A DNA stretch of 15,397 bases from Nitrospinota bacterium (GCA_038108555.1 JAYNIA010000038.1:9386-24782); one strand, 5' to 3'; shown: positions 1 through 7,401, counted from the first letter of the stretch. Program-made: numbers and translations. Notes: generated by a model not told the origin, from the sequence alone.

Positions 1-77
1 CCCGTTTCATTCCGGCCCTAATATTAACATAAAATTCCAGAAAAGCAGTAAAATTAATTAGTTGGAAGAAATCGGGG

Positions 78-86
78 TGCTATAAT
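78..86 (+). promoter_or_regulatory. Putative extended -10 sigma70 promoter (TGcTATAAT) for the glycosyltransferase
   Basis: Perfect TATAAT at 81-86 preceded by TG at 78-79, about 85 nt upstream of the ATG at 172; no good -35. Confidence 0.55.
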
Positions 87-171
87 TTGGTCGAGGTTTG
101 GTCAAAAAGTTAGAGACCAACCCAGGAAGATATTGCCAATTTTGGAAGAGTCCACCCCACGCGGATAGGAA

Positions 172-924
172 ATGGAAAAACTAAGCGTAACCATTATCAC
201 CAAAAATGAAGAGAGCAATATTGGCCGGTGTCTCGAAAGTTTGAAATGGGTCGATGAAGTTGTGGTGGTGGATACTCATAGCAGTGACCGGACAGTAGAA
301 ATTTGCAGGCAGCATACAGATAAGATTTTTGACGAGAGTTGGCATGGCTATGGAAAGCAAAAGAATATTTGTGCGTCACATGCTAAAAACCGGTGGGTGT
401 TGAATGTGGATGCCGATGAAGTGGTGACCCCTGAATCCGCAGCAGAAATCCAAAAGGTTTTGGGGGAAGGACCCAAGTATCCTGTTTACCACCTTCCCAG
501 GAAGAATTATTTTGGAGACACATGGGTTCGCTTTGGTGGTTGGTATCCGGATCGGATATTGCGATTATACGATAAAGAGCAGGTTGCCTTCAGCGAGGTC
601 CAGGTCCATGAAAGATTGGAGCCGGATGACAATGCAGGTGCTCTGGAAAATGCATTGATCCATTATTCCTACCGGGATGAAGAAGACTATATTCAACGCC
701 AGGACCGTTATTCCACCCTCTATGCGAAGGAAAAAATAGCCAAAGGGTTCCGCGCAAACTGGACCCATATGTATCTGAGACCCCTGTTCACATTTTTAAA
801 AAATTATGTTTTAAAACAAGGATTTATAGATGGTTCTATAGGATTTTTCTTAGCTAAAAATTCTGCCCTTTACACTCACCAGAAATACGCGAAGACCCTT
901 TTAGCCACCGATGAACACAGATAA
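172..924 (+). CDS. Glycosyltransferase family 2, LPS beta-1,4-glucosyltransferase-like (KdtX/WaaE/LgtF type)
   Basis: LSVTIITKNEE N-terminus, VVVD-x-xSxDxT, DADE (DxD) motif, GGWYPD, VHE, LIHYSY, GFxDG; AGGA just upstream. Confidence 0.92.
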   Translation: MEKLSVTIITKNEESNIGRCLESLKWVDEVVVVDTHSSDRTVEICRQHTDKIFDESWHGYGKQKNICASHAKNRWVLNVDADEVVTPESAAEIQKVLGEGPKYPVYHLPRKNYFGDTWVRFGGWYPDRILRLYDKEQVAFSEVQVHERLEPDDNAGALENALIHYSYRDEEDYIQRQDRYSTLYAKEKIAKGFRANWTHMYLRPLFTFLKNYVLKQGFIDGSIGFFLAKNSALYTHQKYAKTLLATDEHR

Positions 925-932
925 ACACCGAG
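903..932 (+). repeat. Left arm of outer inverted repeat (10-bp periodic CACnGAT units)
   Basis: agccaccgatgaacacagataaacaccgag matches the reverse complement of 1287-1316 (aaccacagatggacactgataaacagggat) at 23/30 positions. Confidence 0.8.
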
Positions 933-962
933 GTCTTTCGGGGGTGATGGCTCATTAATAAG

Positions 963-1031
963 TCCCCCTGACAAGGGGGATTTAGGGGGTTTTAAAATCA
1001 ACCTCCCCAGCCCCTCCTTATCAAGAGGGGA
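963..1031. repeat. Inverted pair of C/G-tract REP-like hairpins (pair A)
   Basis: TCCCCCT-gaca-AGGGGGA plus tail TTTAGGGGGT (963-990); tail ACCTCCCCAG plus CCCCTCcTT-atc-AAGAGGGG (1001-1030). Confidence 0.8.
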
Positions 1032-1087
1032 TAATTCAATCCCCCTCACCCAACCCTCTCCCTCGGAGGAGACCTTTGCCTAACCCC

Positions 1088-1116
1088 GAGATCCTTCGAT
1101 TTCACTCAGGATGACA
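1088..1116 (-). repeat. TGTC/CGTC-tagged REP-like palindrome (element C)
   Basis: Reverse complement TGTCATCCTGAGTGAAATCGAAGGATCTC: tag, ATCCT...AGGAT stem, short tail. Confidence 0.7.
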
Positions 1117-1137
1117 GAAAAGTCGTTTCTCCATTTT

Positions 1138-1243
1138 CCCCTCCCTTCATAGGGAGGGGCAGGGGAGGGTTGGATTTTATGGCCATTTCCCTTTCTATAC
1201 GGATATCCACACCCCTCCTGGCCTCCCCTCATGGGAGGGGAGG
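1138..1243. repeat. Inverted pair of C/G-tract REP-like hairpins (pair D, REPIN-like)
   Basis: CCCCTCCCT-tcat-AGGGAGGGG plus CAGGGGAGGGT (1138-1170); ACCCCTCCTGG plus CCTCCCCTC-atgg-GAGGGGAGG (1211-1243); spacer closed by TGGAT/ATCCA. Confidence 0.85.
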
Positions 1244-1286
1244 ATATTTATAGTTCTCTTCTACCACTTAGGGAGAGGGATTGTTT

Positions 1287-1316
1287 ATCCCTGTTTATCA
1301 GTGTCCATCTGTGGTT
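1287..1316 (-). repeat. Right arm of outer inverted repeat
   Basis: atccctgtttatcagtgtccatctgtggtt, the inverted counterpart of 903-932. Confidence 0.8.
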
Positions 1317-1452
1317 GAATTGTTTTTTCTAGTGTCCTAATTTATGGTAAAGTGTTCCATTGTAAGGATTTTACCTCGTGACCAACCCCACTGATTTTAC
1401 GCGGTAGTCTGGTTTTTCCCCTGTCAATTTTTGATACCAAGAGGCATTCGGT

Positions 1453-2106
1453 TTGACCAAAACGCAATTAATGGTATTGATGACCCCGGTCATCTTGTTT
1501 TCTTTGACCGTGCACGAATATTCGCATGGGAGAATGGCGCTTGCTTTGGGAGACAATACAGCTCAACGGATGGGGCGGTTGACGTTCAATCCCATCCGCC
1601 ATCTTGATATGATGGGGGTTTTGTTTTTCTATTTCGTGGGGTTTGGTTGGGCCAAGCCGGTACCGGTGGATTGGAGAAACTTTCAGAACCCACAGCGGGA
1701 TATGATGTATGTGGCAATTGCGGGGCCTCTTTCGAACATCGCTATGGCAGTATTTTGCAGCTTTTTTATCCGCTTGATAACTCCCGACTTTTCTTATTTG
1801 TTTGTGATTTTGGCTTATGGTATATGGATCAATGTCGCTCTGGCGATCTTCAATATGTTGCCGGTTTATCCCCTGGATGGGTCCAGCGTGTTGAAAGGGA
1901 TGGTTCCTGCCTCTGTTGCTGAGAGGCTGACAAGCCTGGACAAGTTCGGGGCGATTCTGATTTTAAGTGTTTTCCTTCTGGACCAGTTTGCGCACACAGG
2001 TATTCTCGGAACCATATTGGTTTATCCCATTAACTATTCGGTATTGTTCCTGAGTCAGGAAACGTTCCCAATGATTATTGAAGTTTTGAAGGCGAGTTTT
2101 AACTGA
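1453..2106 (+). CDS. Site-2 protease family (peptidase M50) membrane zinc metalloprotease
   Basis: HEYSH (HExxH), GRLTFNP, FGWAKPVP, AGPLSN and FNMLPVYPLDG (NxxPxxxLDG) motifs; hydrophobic; TTG start with AAGAGG SD at 1439-1444. Confidence 0.93.
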   Translation: MTKTQLMVLMTPVILFSLTVHEYSHGRMALALGDNTAQRMGRLTFNPIRHLDMMGVLFFYFVGFGWAKPVPVDWRNFQNPQRDMMYVAIAGPLSNIAMAVFCSFFIRLITPDFSYLFVILAYGIWINVALAIFNMLPVYPLDGSSVLKGMVPASVAERLTSLDKFGAILILSVFLLDQFAHTGILGTILVYPINYSVLFLSQETFPMIIEVLKASFN

Positions 2107-2110
2107 TTAA

Positions 2111-3109
2111 ATGAGTGACCAAAAACGCAAAAGAATATTGAGTGGCATGCAACCCTCAGGAAAGCTTCACCTGGGCAACTATTTTGGTGCCCTCAAAAAC
2201 TGGGTGGACCTGCAGGATGATTTTGAATGCTTTTACTTTATTGCCGACTGGCATGCCTTGTCTTCGCTTTATGAAGACCCTCGCCGTATAAAGGAATTCT
2301 CTTTTGAAGTGGCTGTGGACTGGTTGAGTGCGGGACTGGATCCCGAAAAAAGCACTTTATTTTTGCAATCAAGAATCCCGGAACATGCCGAGCTGCATTT
2401 AATTTTATCTATGATGGTTCCTGTCCCCTGGCTGGAAAGAAACCCGACATATAAAGAAAAACAGGACGAAGTCAAAAAAGTGGATATGAGCACCTATGGG
2501 TTTTTAGGGTATCCGGTTTTGCAGACGGCAGATATCGTTCTCTACCGGGCGGACTTTGTACCTGTTGGCATCGATCAGGCACCGCATTTGGAGTTGTCCC
2601 GCGAAATCGTCCGGCGATTTCATCATATCTATAAGAAGAATGTTTTCCTCGAACCGGGAGCCAAAATTTCAGACATCCCCAAACTGAATGGTTTGGATGG
2701 AAGGAAGATGAGTAAATCGTACGACAATGCCATTTTCCTTTCGGACAATGAAAAAGAGGTCACGAAAAAAGTAAAACAGATGTTGACCGATCCGGCCCGT
2801 GCGCGCAGGGATGATCCTGGTGACCCGGAGGTGTGTAATCTCTATCCTTTCCATAAAATTTATTCTCCTCAATCCATGCAGGATGAAGTTGCGGAAGGAT
2901 GTCGCACTGCAAAAATCGGATGCGGTGACTGTAAAAACATGCTTACGGGTACCATGTTGGAAAGTATGCGCCCCATTATGGAAAAACGCAGCGAAATTTC
3001 TAAAAAGCCAAAAGAAGTGGAAGAAATAATAGAAGAAGGAACAAAGAGGGCGCAAGTAGTTGCCACCCGGACTCTGGACAAGGTCAAACAAGTTATGAAA
3101 CTTAAATAA
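2111..3109 (+). CDS. trpS: Tryptophan--tRNA ligase
   Basis: LSGMQPSGKLHLGNY (HIGH-like), YPVLQTADI, VPVGIDQ, KMSKS. Confidence 0.98.
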   Translation: MSDQKRKRILSGMQPSGKLHLGNYFGALKNWVDLQDDFECFYFIADWHALSSLYEDPRRIKEFSFEVAVDWLSAGLDPEKSTLFLQSRIPEHAELHLILSMMVPVPWLERNPTYKEKQDEVKKVDMSTYGFLGYPVLQTADIVLYRADFVPVGIDQAPHLELSREIVRRFHHIYKKNVFLEPGAKISDIPKLNGLDGRKMSKSYDNAIFLSDNEKEVTKKVKQMLTDPARARRDDPGDPEVCNLYPFHKIYSPQSMQDEVAEGCRTAKIGCGDCKNMLTGTMLESMRPIMEKRSEISKKPKEVEEIIEEGTKRAQVVATRTLDKVKQVMKLK

Positions 3110-3116
3110 GAAAGAT

Positions 3117-5909
3117 ATGGAAACAAAAGACACACTCAATTTACCGGAAACAAATTTCCCCATGAAGGCCAGCCTCACCAAGGCCGAGCCAAAGATGCTG
3201 GAATGGTGGGAAAAGGAAGATATTTATGGAGAAATCCGTAAAGCCGCAAAGGGCAAGAAGAAATTTGTTTTTCACGATGGTCCCCCTTATGCCAATGGCC
3301 ATATCCACATGGGGCATGCGCTCAATAAAATTCTCAAAGATTTTATAGTCAAGATAATGAGCATGAAGGGCTTTGATGCAGGGTTCATCCCCGGTTGGGA
3401 CTGTCATGGGCTACCCATTGAGCATCAGGTAGGTAAGAAACTCAAAGAAAAAAAGATGAGTCTCGAAAAAAGCGAGATCAGAAAACAATGCCGTACCTAT
3501 GCCCAAGAGTTTGTTGACATTCAGCGAGATGAGTTTAAAAGACTCGGTGTTTTTGCAGATTGGGACGATCCCTATCTGACAATGAATTTTTCATATGAAG
3601 CAACAATTGTTAGAGAGTTTGGAAAGTTTGTTGAAAAGGGAATGGTCTATAAAGGGTTGAAGCCAGTCCACTGGTGCACCTCTTGCCGTACTGCTTTAGC
3701 TGAGGCTGAAGTGGAACATGCAGACCATACTTCCCCATCCATTTATGTCAAGTTTGCCATTAAGTCCGGGGTTCCCGATAGCCTGGGTGATCTTTCAAAC
3801 GCTTTTATGGTGATCTGGACGACGACTCCCTGGACGCTTCCTGCCAATCTTGCCATCAGCTTGCACCCTGAATATCAGTATGTGGCGGTTGCCATTAATG
3901 ATGAGGTTTTGGTGGTAGCGGAAGATCTCTTGCCAACTCTAATTTTGGAATGGGATGTTAAGGAGTACAAGGTTCTTGGAAAATGCCAAGGAAAAGACTG
4001 GGAGAATGCCTTGTGTCAGCATCCATTCATCGATCGTGACTCAAAAGTGATTTTAGGGGAGCATGTGACTTTAGAGCAGGGAACGGGTTGTGTTCATACG
4101 GCTCCGGGTCATGGGCAGGATGACTACATCGTTGGTTTGAAATATGGGTTGGAACCGTACAACCCTGTCGATGATGGCGGTGTATTTAAATCGGATGTAG
4201 AACATTTTGCCGGAATGTTTGTCAAAAAAGCCAATCCGGATATCATTGAAAAACTGAAACAGGATGGGACTCTCATCCGGCATGAAGATATAAAACATTC
4301 TTATCCGCATTGTTGGCGGTGCCATCAACCGGTCATTTTTCGTGCGACCAACCAGTGGTTCATTTCCATGGAAAAGAATGATCTGCGAAAAAATGCATTG
4401 GCTGGTATTGAGCGTACTCAATGGATTCCAAGTTGGGGCAAGGAGCGGATTTACAGCATGATCGAAAATCGCCCCGACTGGTGTGTGTCGCGGCAAAGGG
4501 CCTGGGGAGTTCCAATTACCTTGTTGACATGTGTTTGTTGTCAGGAGTTTTTAAATTCAAAGGAAGTATTTGAACGAGTGGCCAAGGGTGTGGAAAAGCA
4601 AGGTGCAGATTATTGGTTTGATACTCCGGTGGATGAGATATTGCCAAAGGATACCCGTTGCGAAAAATGTGAAGGCAAAGAGTTTGCCAAAGAAACCGAC
4701 ATTCTGGATGTCTGGTTCGACTCGGGAGTCAGTCATGCTGCGGTATTGGAAAATAATCCCAAAGAAAACTGGCCCGCAGATTTATATCTGGAGGGTAGTG
4801 ATCAGCATCGGGGATGGTTTCATAGTTCGTTGCTAGAGGCTATAGGTACGCGAGGGAAAGAGCCTTATAAATCCGTTCTTACACATGGGTATGTGGTCGA
4901 TGGCAAAGGCAAGAAAATGTCCAAATCTGCAGGGAATGTAATCGCCCCGCAAAAAATAATCGATCAACATGGTGCTGAAATTTTACGGTTATGGGTGGCT
5001 TCGGAAAATTACCGGGAGGACATCCGTGTCTCAAACGAAATACTAAAGCGCCTGACCGAGTCTTACAGGAAAATCCGAAATACCTTTCGCTATCTTTTGG
5101 GAAACCTTCATGGGTTCGATCCAAATAAGGATCGGGTACCGCTGGAATCCTTACCAGAGATAGATCGGTTTATCTTGAATCGGTTTAATGTTCTAAGAGA
5201 AAAAATACTTTCAGCATTTGAAAATTATGAGTTTCACACTTTTTATCATTCTTTTTCCAATTTTTGCGTGGTGGAACTCAGTGCATTTTATCTGGATATA
5301 TTGAAAGACCGGTTGTATGTCTATCCGGAAAAATCAGAAGGCAGGAGAGCAGGGCAAACGACCTTGCATATCCTTTTGATGGGGATGGTACGTTTAATAG
5401 CGCCGATATTGAGTTTTACTGCTGAAGAAATATGGGAGCATATTCCTAAAGGGAGTGCTTCAGAGAAAAGTGTTCATCTGTCCTCATTTCCAGAAAAAGC
5501 GGCGGTGGATTTTGATGAAGGGTTGACTAAAAACTGGGAATTGCTGGTTCAACTCAAAAGTGAGGTTAGCAAGGCTTCTGAGGCAAGCCGTAGAGATAAA
5601 GTGATTGGGCATTCATTGGACTCAATTATTAAGCTTGTGCTTCCTCCGGAAATAAAAAAGACAGTTGGTAAATATTCTGAAGAGCTGAAATTTTTATTCA
5701 TTGTTTCTAAAGTCGAATTGGTAGATGATTTAAATGAGGCAGAGGGAGTGTATGTCAGCGAATCTTTGTCGGGTGTAAAAGTTTTCACAGAAAAACATCC
5801 AGGGCAAAAATGTGAAAGGTGTTGGCATTATTTTGAGGTTGAATCCAACGCAACAGATAATCTGATTTGTCCACTTTGCCAGGAATATTTGCAGGTTGCC
5901 GGAGATTGA
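3117..5909 (+). CDS. ileS: Isoleucine--tRNA ligase (type 1, bacterial)
   Basis: HDGPPYANGHIHMGH, GWDCHGLPIE, WTTTPWTLP editing motif, GTGCVHTAPGHG, EGSDQHRGWF, KMSKS, C-terminal CERCW...CPLC zinc finger. Confidence 0.98.
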   Translation: METKDTLNLPETNFPMKASLTKAEPKMLEWWEKEDIYGEIRKAAKGKKKFVFHDGPPYANGHIHMGHALNKILKDFIVKIMSMKGFDAGFIPGWDCHGLPIEHQVGKKLKEKKMSLEKSEIRKQCRTYAQEFVDIQRDEFKRLGVFADWDDPYLTMNFSYEATIVREFGKFVEKGMVYKGLKPVHWCTSCRTALAEAEVEHADHTSPSIYVKFAIKSGVPDSLGDLSNAFMVIWTTTPWTLPANLAISLHPEYQYVAVAINDEVLVVAEDLLPTLILEWDVKEYKVLGKCQGKDWENALCQHPFIDRDSKVILGEHVTLEQGTGCVHTAPGHGQDDYIVGLKYGLEPYNPVDDGGVFKSDVEHFAGMFVKKANPDIIEKLKQDGTLIRHEDIKHSYPHCWRCHQPVIFRATNQWFISMEKNDLRKNALAGIERTQWIPSWGKERIYSMIENRPDWCVSRQRAWGVPITLLTCVCCQEFLNSKEVFERVAKGVEKQGADYWFDTPVDEILPKDTRCEKCEGKEFAKETDILDVWFDSGVSHAAVLENNPKENWPADLYLEGSDQHRGWFHSSLLEAIGTRGKEPYKSVLTHGYVVDGKGKKMSKSAGNVIAPQKIIDQHGAEILRLWVASENYREDIRVSNEILKRLTESYRKIRNTFRYLLGNLHGFDPNKDRVPLESLPEIDRFILNRFNVLREKILSAFENYEFHTFYHSFSNFCVVELSAFYLDILKDRLYVYPEKSEGRRAGQTTLHILLMGMVRLIAPILSFTAEEIWEHIPKGSASEKSVHLSSFPEKAAVDFDEGLTKNWELLVQLKSEVSKASEASRRDKVIGHSLDSIIKLVLPPEIKKTVGKYSEELKFLFIVSKVELVDDLNEAEGVYVSESLSGVKVFTEKHPGQKCERCWHYFEVESNATDNLICPLCQEYLQVAGD

Positions 5910-6405
5910 GTTTTTGAGAAATAAATACCTATTTTTATTTGTAGTCTCCAGTGCGTTGATTGTCATTGATCAATACACCAAACTTATGGTTACCCTGCAT
6001 ATTCCCTTGAATTATTCGATGGAGGTCGTGGAAGGATTCTTCAATTTAACACACATTCGAAACTCGGGTGTAGCGTTTGGTATTTTTTCTGATCAACACT
6101 CTGAACTCAAACCCTATTTATTGATTTTTGTTTCAATTATTGCCATCGTGGCCATATTGGTGATATTTCACCAGACGGGAAATAACAAGAGAATGGTTCA
6201 GACGGGACTGGTATTGGTTTTCAGTGGTGCCATAGGAAATTTAATAGATCGTGTTCTTCACAAAGAAGTTATCGATTTTTTAGATTTTTTCGTTGATAAC
6301 CACCATTGGCCCGCATTTAATGTTGCAGATTCATGCATAACAATTGGTGTGATGCTCATGGCCGCTGACATGTTAGTTGGCGGTGAAGCATCCTCCCCTT
6401 CCTGA
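5896..6405 (+). CDS. lspA: Lipoprotein signal peptidase II
   Basis: DQYTK, NSGVAFG, GAIGNLIDR, VIDF and WPAFNVADS motifs; classic ileS-lspA linkage. The start may instead be TTG at 5914 (GGAG at 5901-5904). Confidence 0.96.
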   Translation: MPEIEFLRNKYLFLFVVSSALIVIDQYTKLMVTLHIPLNYSMEVVEGFFNLTHIRNSGVAFGIFSDQHSELKPYLLIFVSIIAIVAILVIFHQTGNNKRMVQTGLVLVFSGAIGNLIDRVLHKEVIDFLDFFVDNHHWPAFNVADSCITIGVMLMAADMLVGGEASSPS

Positions 6406-6421
6406 TACACTGCTTTAAGGA

Positions 6422-6760
6422 GTGGTTGTGGATCAAAAAATATCCCGAAAACCTGTAAGGGTAGTTATGGTTCGGCGAGGAACCATAACAGTTCCAAGTG
6501 TTCCCACCCAAAAGCTCAAAACTTTTATAAGAAAAAAAGCTTTATTGGGAAGCGATGAAATTTCCGGTGATGGAAAAAGTTGGGTGCGCGTGGACAGGCA
6601 TTACCAGTTGCGCAAATATTTTTTAGACGATAACCCTGAAACGAGCCTTTCTGCACACGAACAAGGCGAGGGGGAGGAGTTTGAGGTTTCTGAAAGGCCC
6701 CCGGACTTTGAAAATAAGTTGCAACAGGTAGCCGACCTGTTAAAAGATATCAATGAATAA
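6422..6760 (+). CDS. Hypothetical protein, possible GYF_2-like N-terminal domain
   Basis: 112-aa ORF 16 nt after lspA; LKTFIRKKALLGSDEISGDGKSW resembles GYF-like domains; acidic tail. Start uncertain (GTG 6422 or GTG 6428 after AAGGAG). Confidence 0.7.
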   Translation: MVVDQKISRKPVRVVMVRRGTITVPSVPTQKLKTFIRKKALLGSDEISGDGKSWVRVDRHYQLRKYFLDDNPETSLSAHEQGEGEEFEVSERPPDFENKLQQVADLLKDINE

Positions 6761-6769
6761 GTTTAATGC

Positions 6770-7081
6770 TCAGGAGAAATTGAGGTTATGCGCGACTTCG
6801 TTGTATTCCTTAAATTCAATGGGGTCTAATGTGGCGGGATAGACAACACTGACAAACCTTTCTGCAGCTTCGGAAGAACGGTGCAGGGTCAATGCAACCT
6901 CATCTTTAAAAATCATCAGGTGGAGGAAAGCATAAGGGTTTAATTTTTCCTGTTTAGCCACATAGTATAAAGTTCCCTCTTCGCTTTCTTTAACATACTC
7001 CACCAGGTTTTTAATGGCTTGTTTGCACTGGTCAATTTTTTGTGGACGTACCTGATAGCGTGCGGTCATGATGATAGGCAT
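6770..7081 (-). CDS. Antibiotic biosynthesis monooxygenase (ABM) family / putative quinol monooxygenase
   Basis: 103 aa, ARYQVRP...EEGTLYY...FKDEVALTLHRSS pattern of the ABM/YgiN/LsrG fold; GGAG SD. Confidence 0.8.
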   Translation of the reverse strand: MPIIMTARYQVRPQKIDQCKQAIKNLVEYVKESEEGTLYYVAKQEKLNPYAFLHLMIFKDEVALTLHRSSEAAERFVSVVYPATLDPIEFKEYNEVAHNLNFS

Positions 7082-7119
7082 TCATTTAGCTCCAGTGGAT
7101 AAAAAATATAACCAGAAAG

Positions 7120-7141
7120 TCCGGCTGTTGGGGTTGCCGGA
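7120..7141 (-). terminator. Possible terminator hairpin downstream of the cold-shock gene
   Basis: TCCGGC/GCCGGA stem followed on the minus strand by CTTTCTGGTT (weak U-tract). Confidence 0.4.
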
Positions 7142-7166
7142 TTAAAAAAAGGAGAGTAGGTCGGGT

Positions 7167-7367
7167 TTATTTTGCGTTTACGTTAGCTGCCTGAGGACCC
7201 TTGGGACCTTCGCTGATTTCAAACTCAACTTCTTGTCCTTGGGCCAATGTTTTAAATCCCTCAGACTGGATTGCGGAAAAATGTACGAAAATGTCTTCGC
7301 CCTCATCCGTCTGAATAAACCCATACCCTTTCTGATTGCTGAACCATTTTACTTTCCCACTAGCCAT
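7167..7367 (-). CDS. cspA: Cold-shock protein (CspA family)
   Basis: GKVKWF, KGYGFI (RNP1), IFVHFSAI (RNP2), [10 protein letters not shown]; 66 aa. Paralog identity is not determinable, so the symbol denotes the family. Confidence 0.97.
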   Translation of the reverse strand: MASGKVKWFSNQKGYGFIQTDEGEDIFVHFSAIQSEGFKTLAQGQEVEFEISEGPKGPQAANVNAK

Positions 7368-7401
7368 TAGATGCCCTTTCCTTTAAATGGTAAGCAAGTG
7401 T

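Larger units (their letters stand above)
1037..1283. repeat. Split REP-like hairpin (element B), arms about 200 bp apart
   Basis: Tail CCCCCTCACCCAA plus arm CCCTCTCCCT (1054-1063), whose perfect complement AGGGAGAGGG is at 1270-1279. Confidence 0.65.
903..1316. mobile_element. Nested composite of non-autonomous REP/MITE-like palindromic elements bounded by a 30-bp imperfect inverted repeat
   Basis: Outer IR 903-932 / 1287-1316 encloses two inverted hairpin pairs, one split hairpin and one TGTC/CGTC-type palindrome; the ORF track shows no ORF within 925-1316. Confidence 0.6.

Noticed and set aside
1..10. Start of a divergent minus-strand gene (CAT at 8-10)
   Set aside because: Only three codons are visible; it cannot be supported.
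925..1316. CRISPR array or a set of rho-independent terminators
   Set aside because: Repeats are inverted, heterogeneous and irregularly spaced, with no cas genes; the hairpins lack U-tracts.
1317..1452. T-box riboswitch or Trp/Ile attenuator ahead of trpS-ileS
   Set aside because: No T-box GGTGGnACC motif, no terminator, and no Trp or Ile codons in the short uORF.
2669..3181. 170-aa antisense ORF and other shadow ORFs within trpS, ileS and gdhA
   Set aside because: They overlap well-supported conserved genes and have no motifs.
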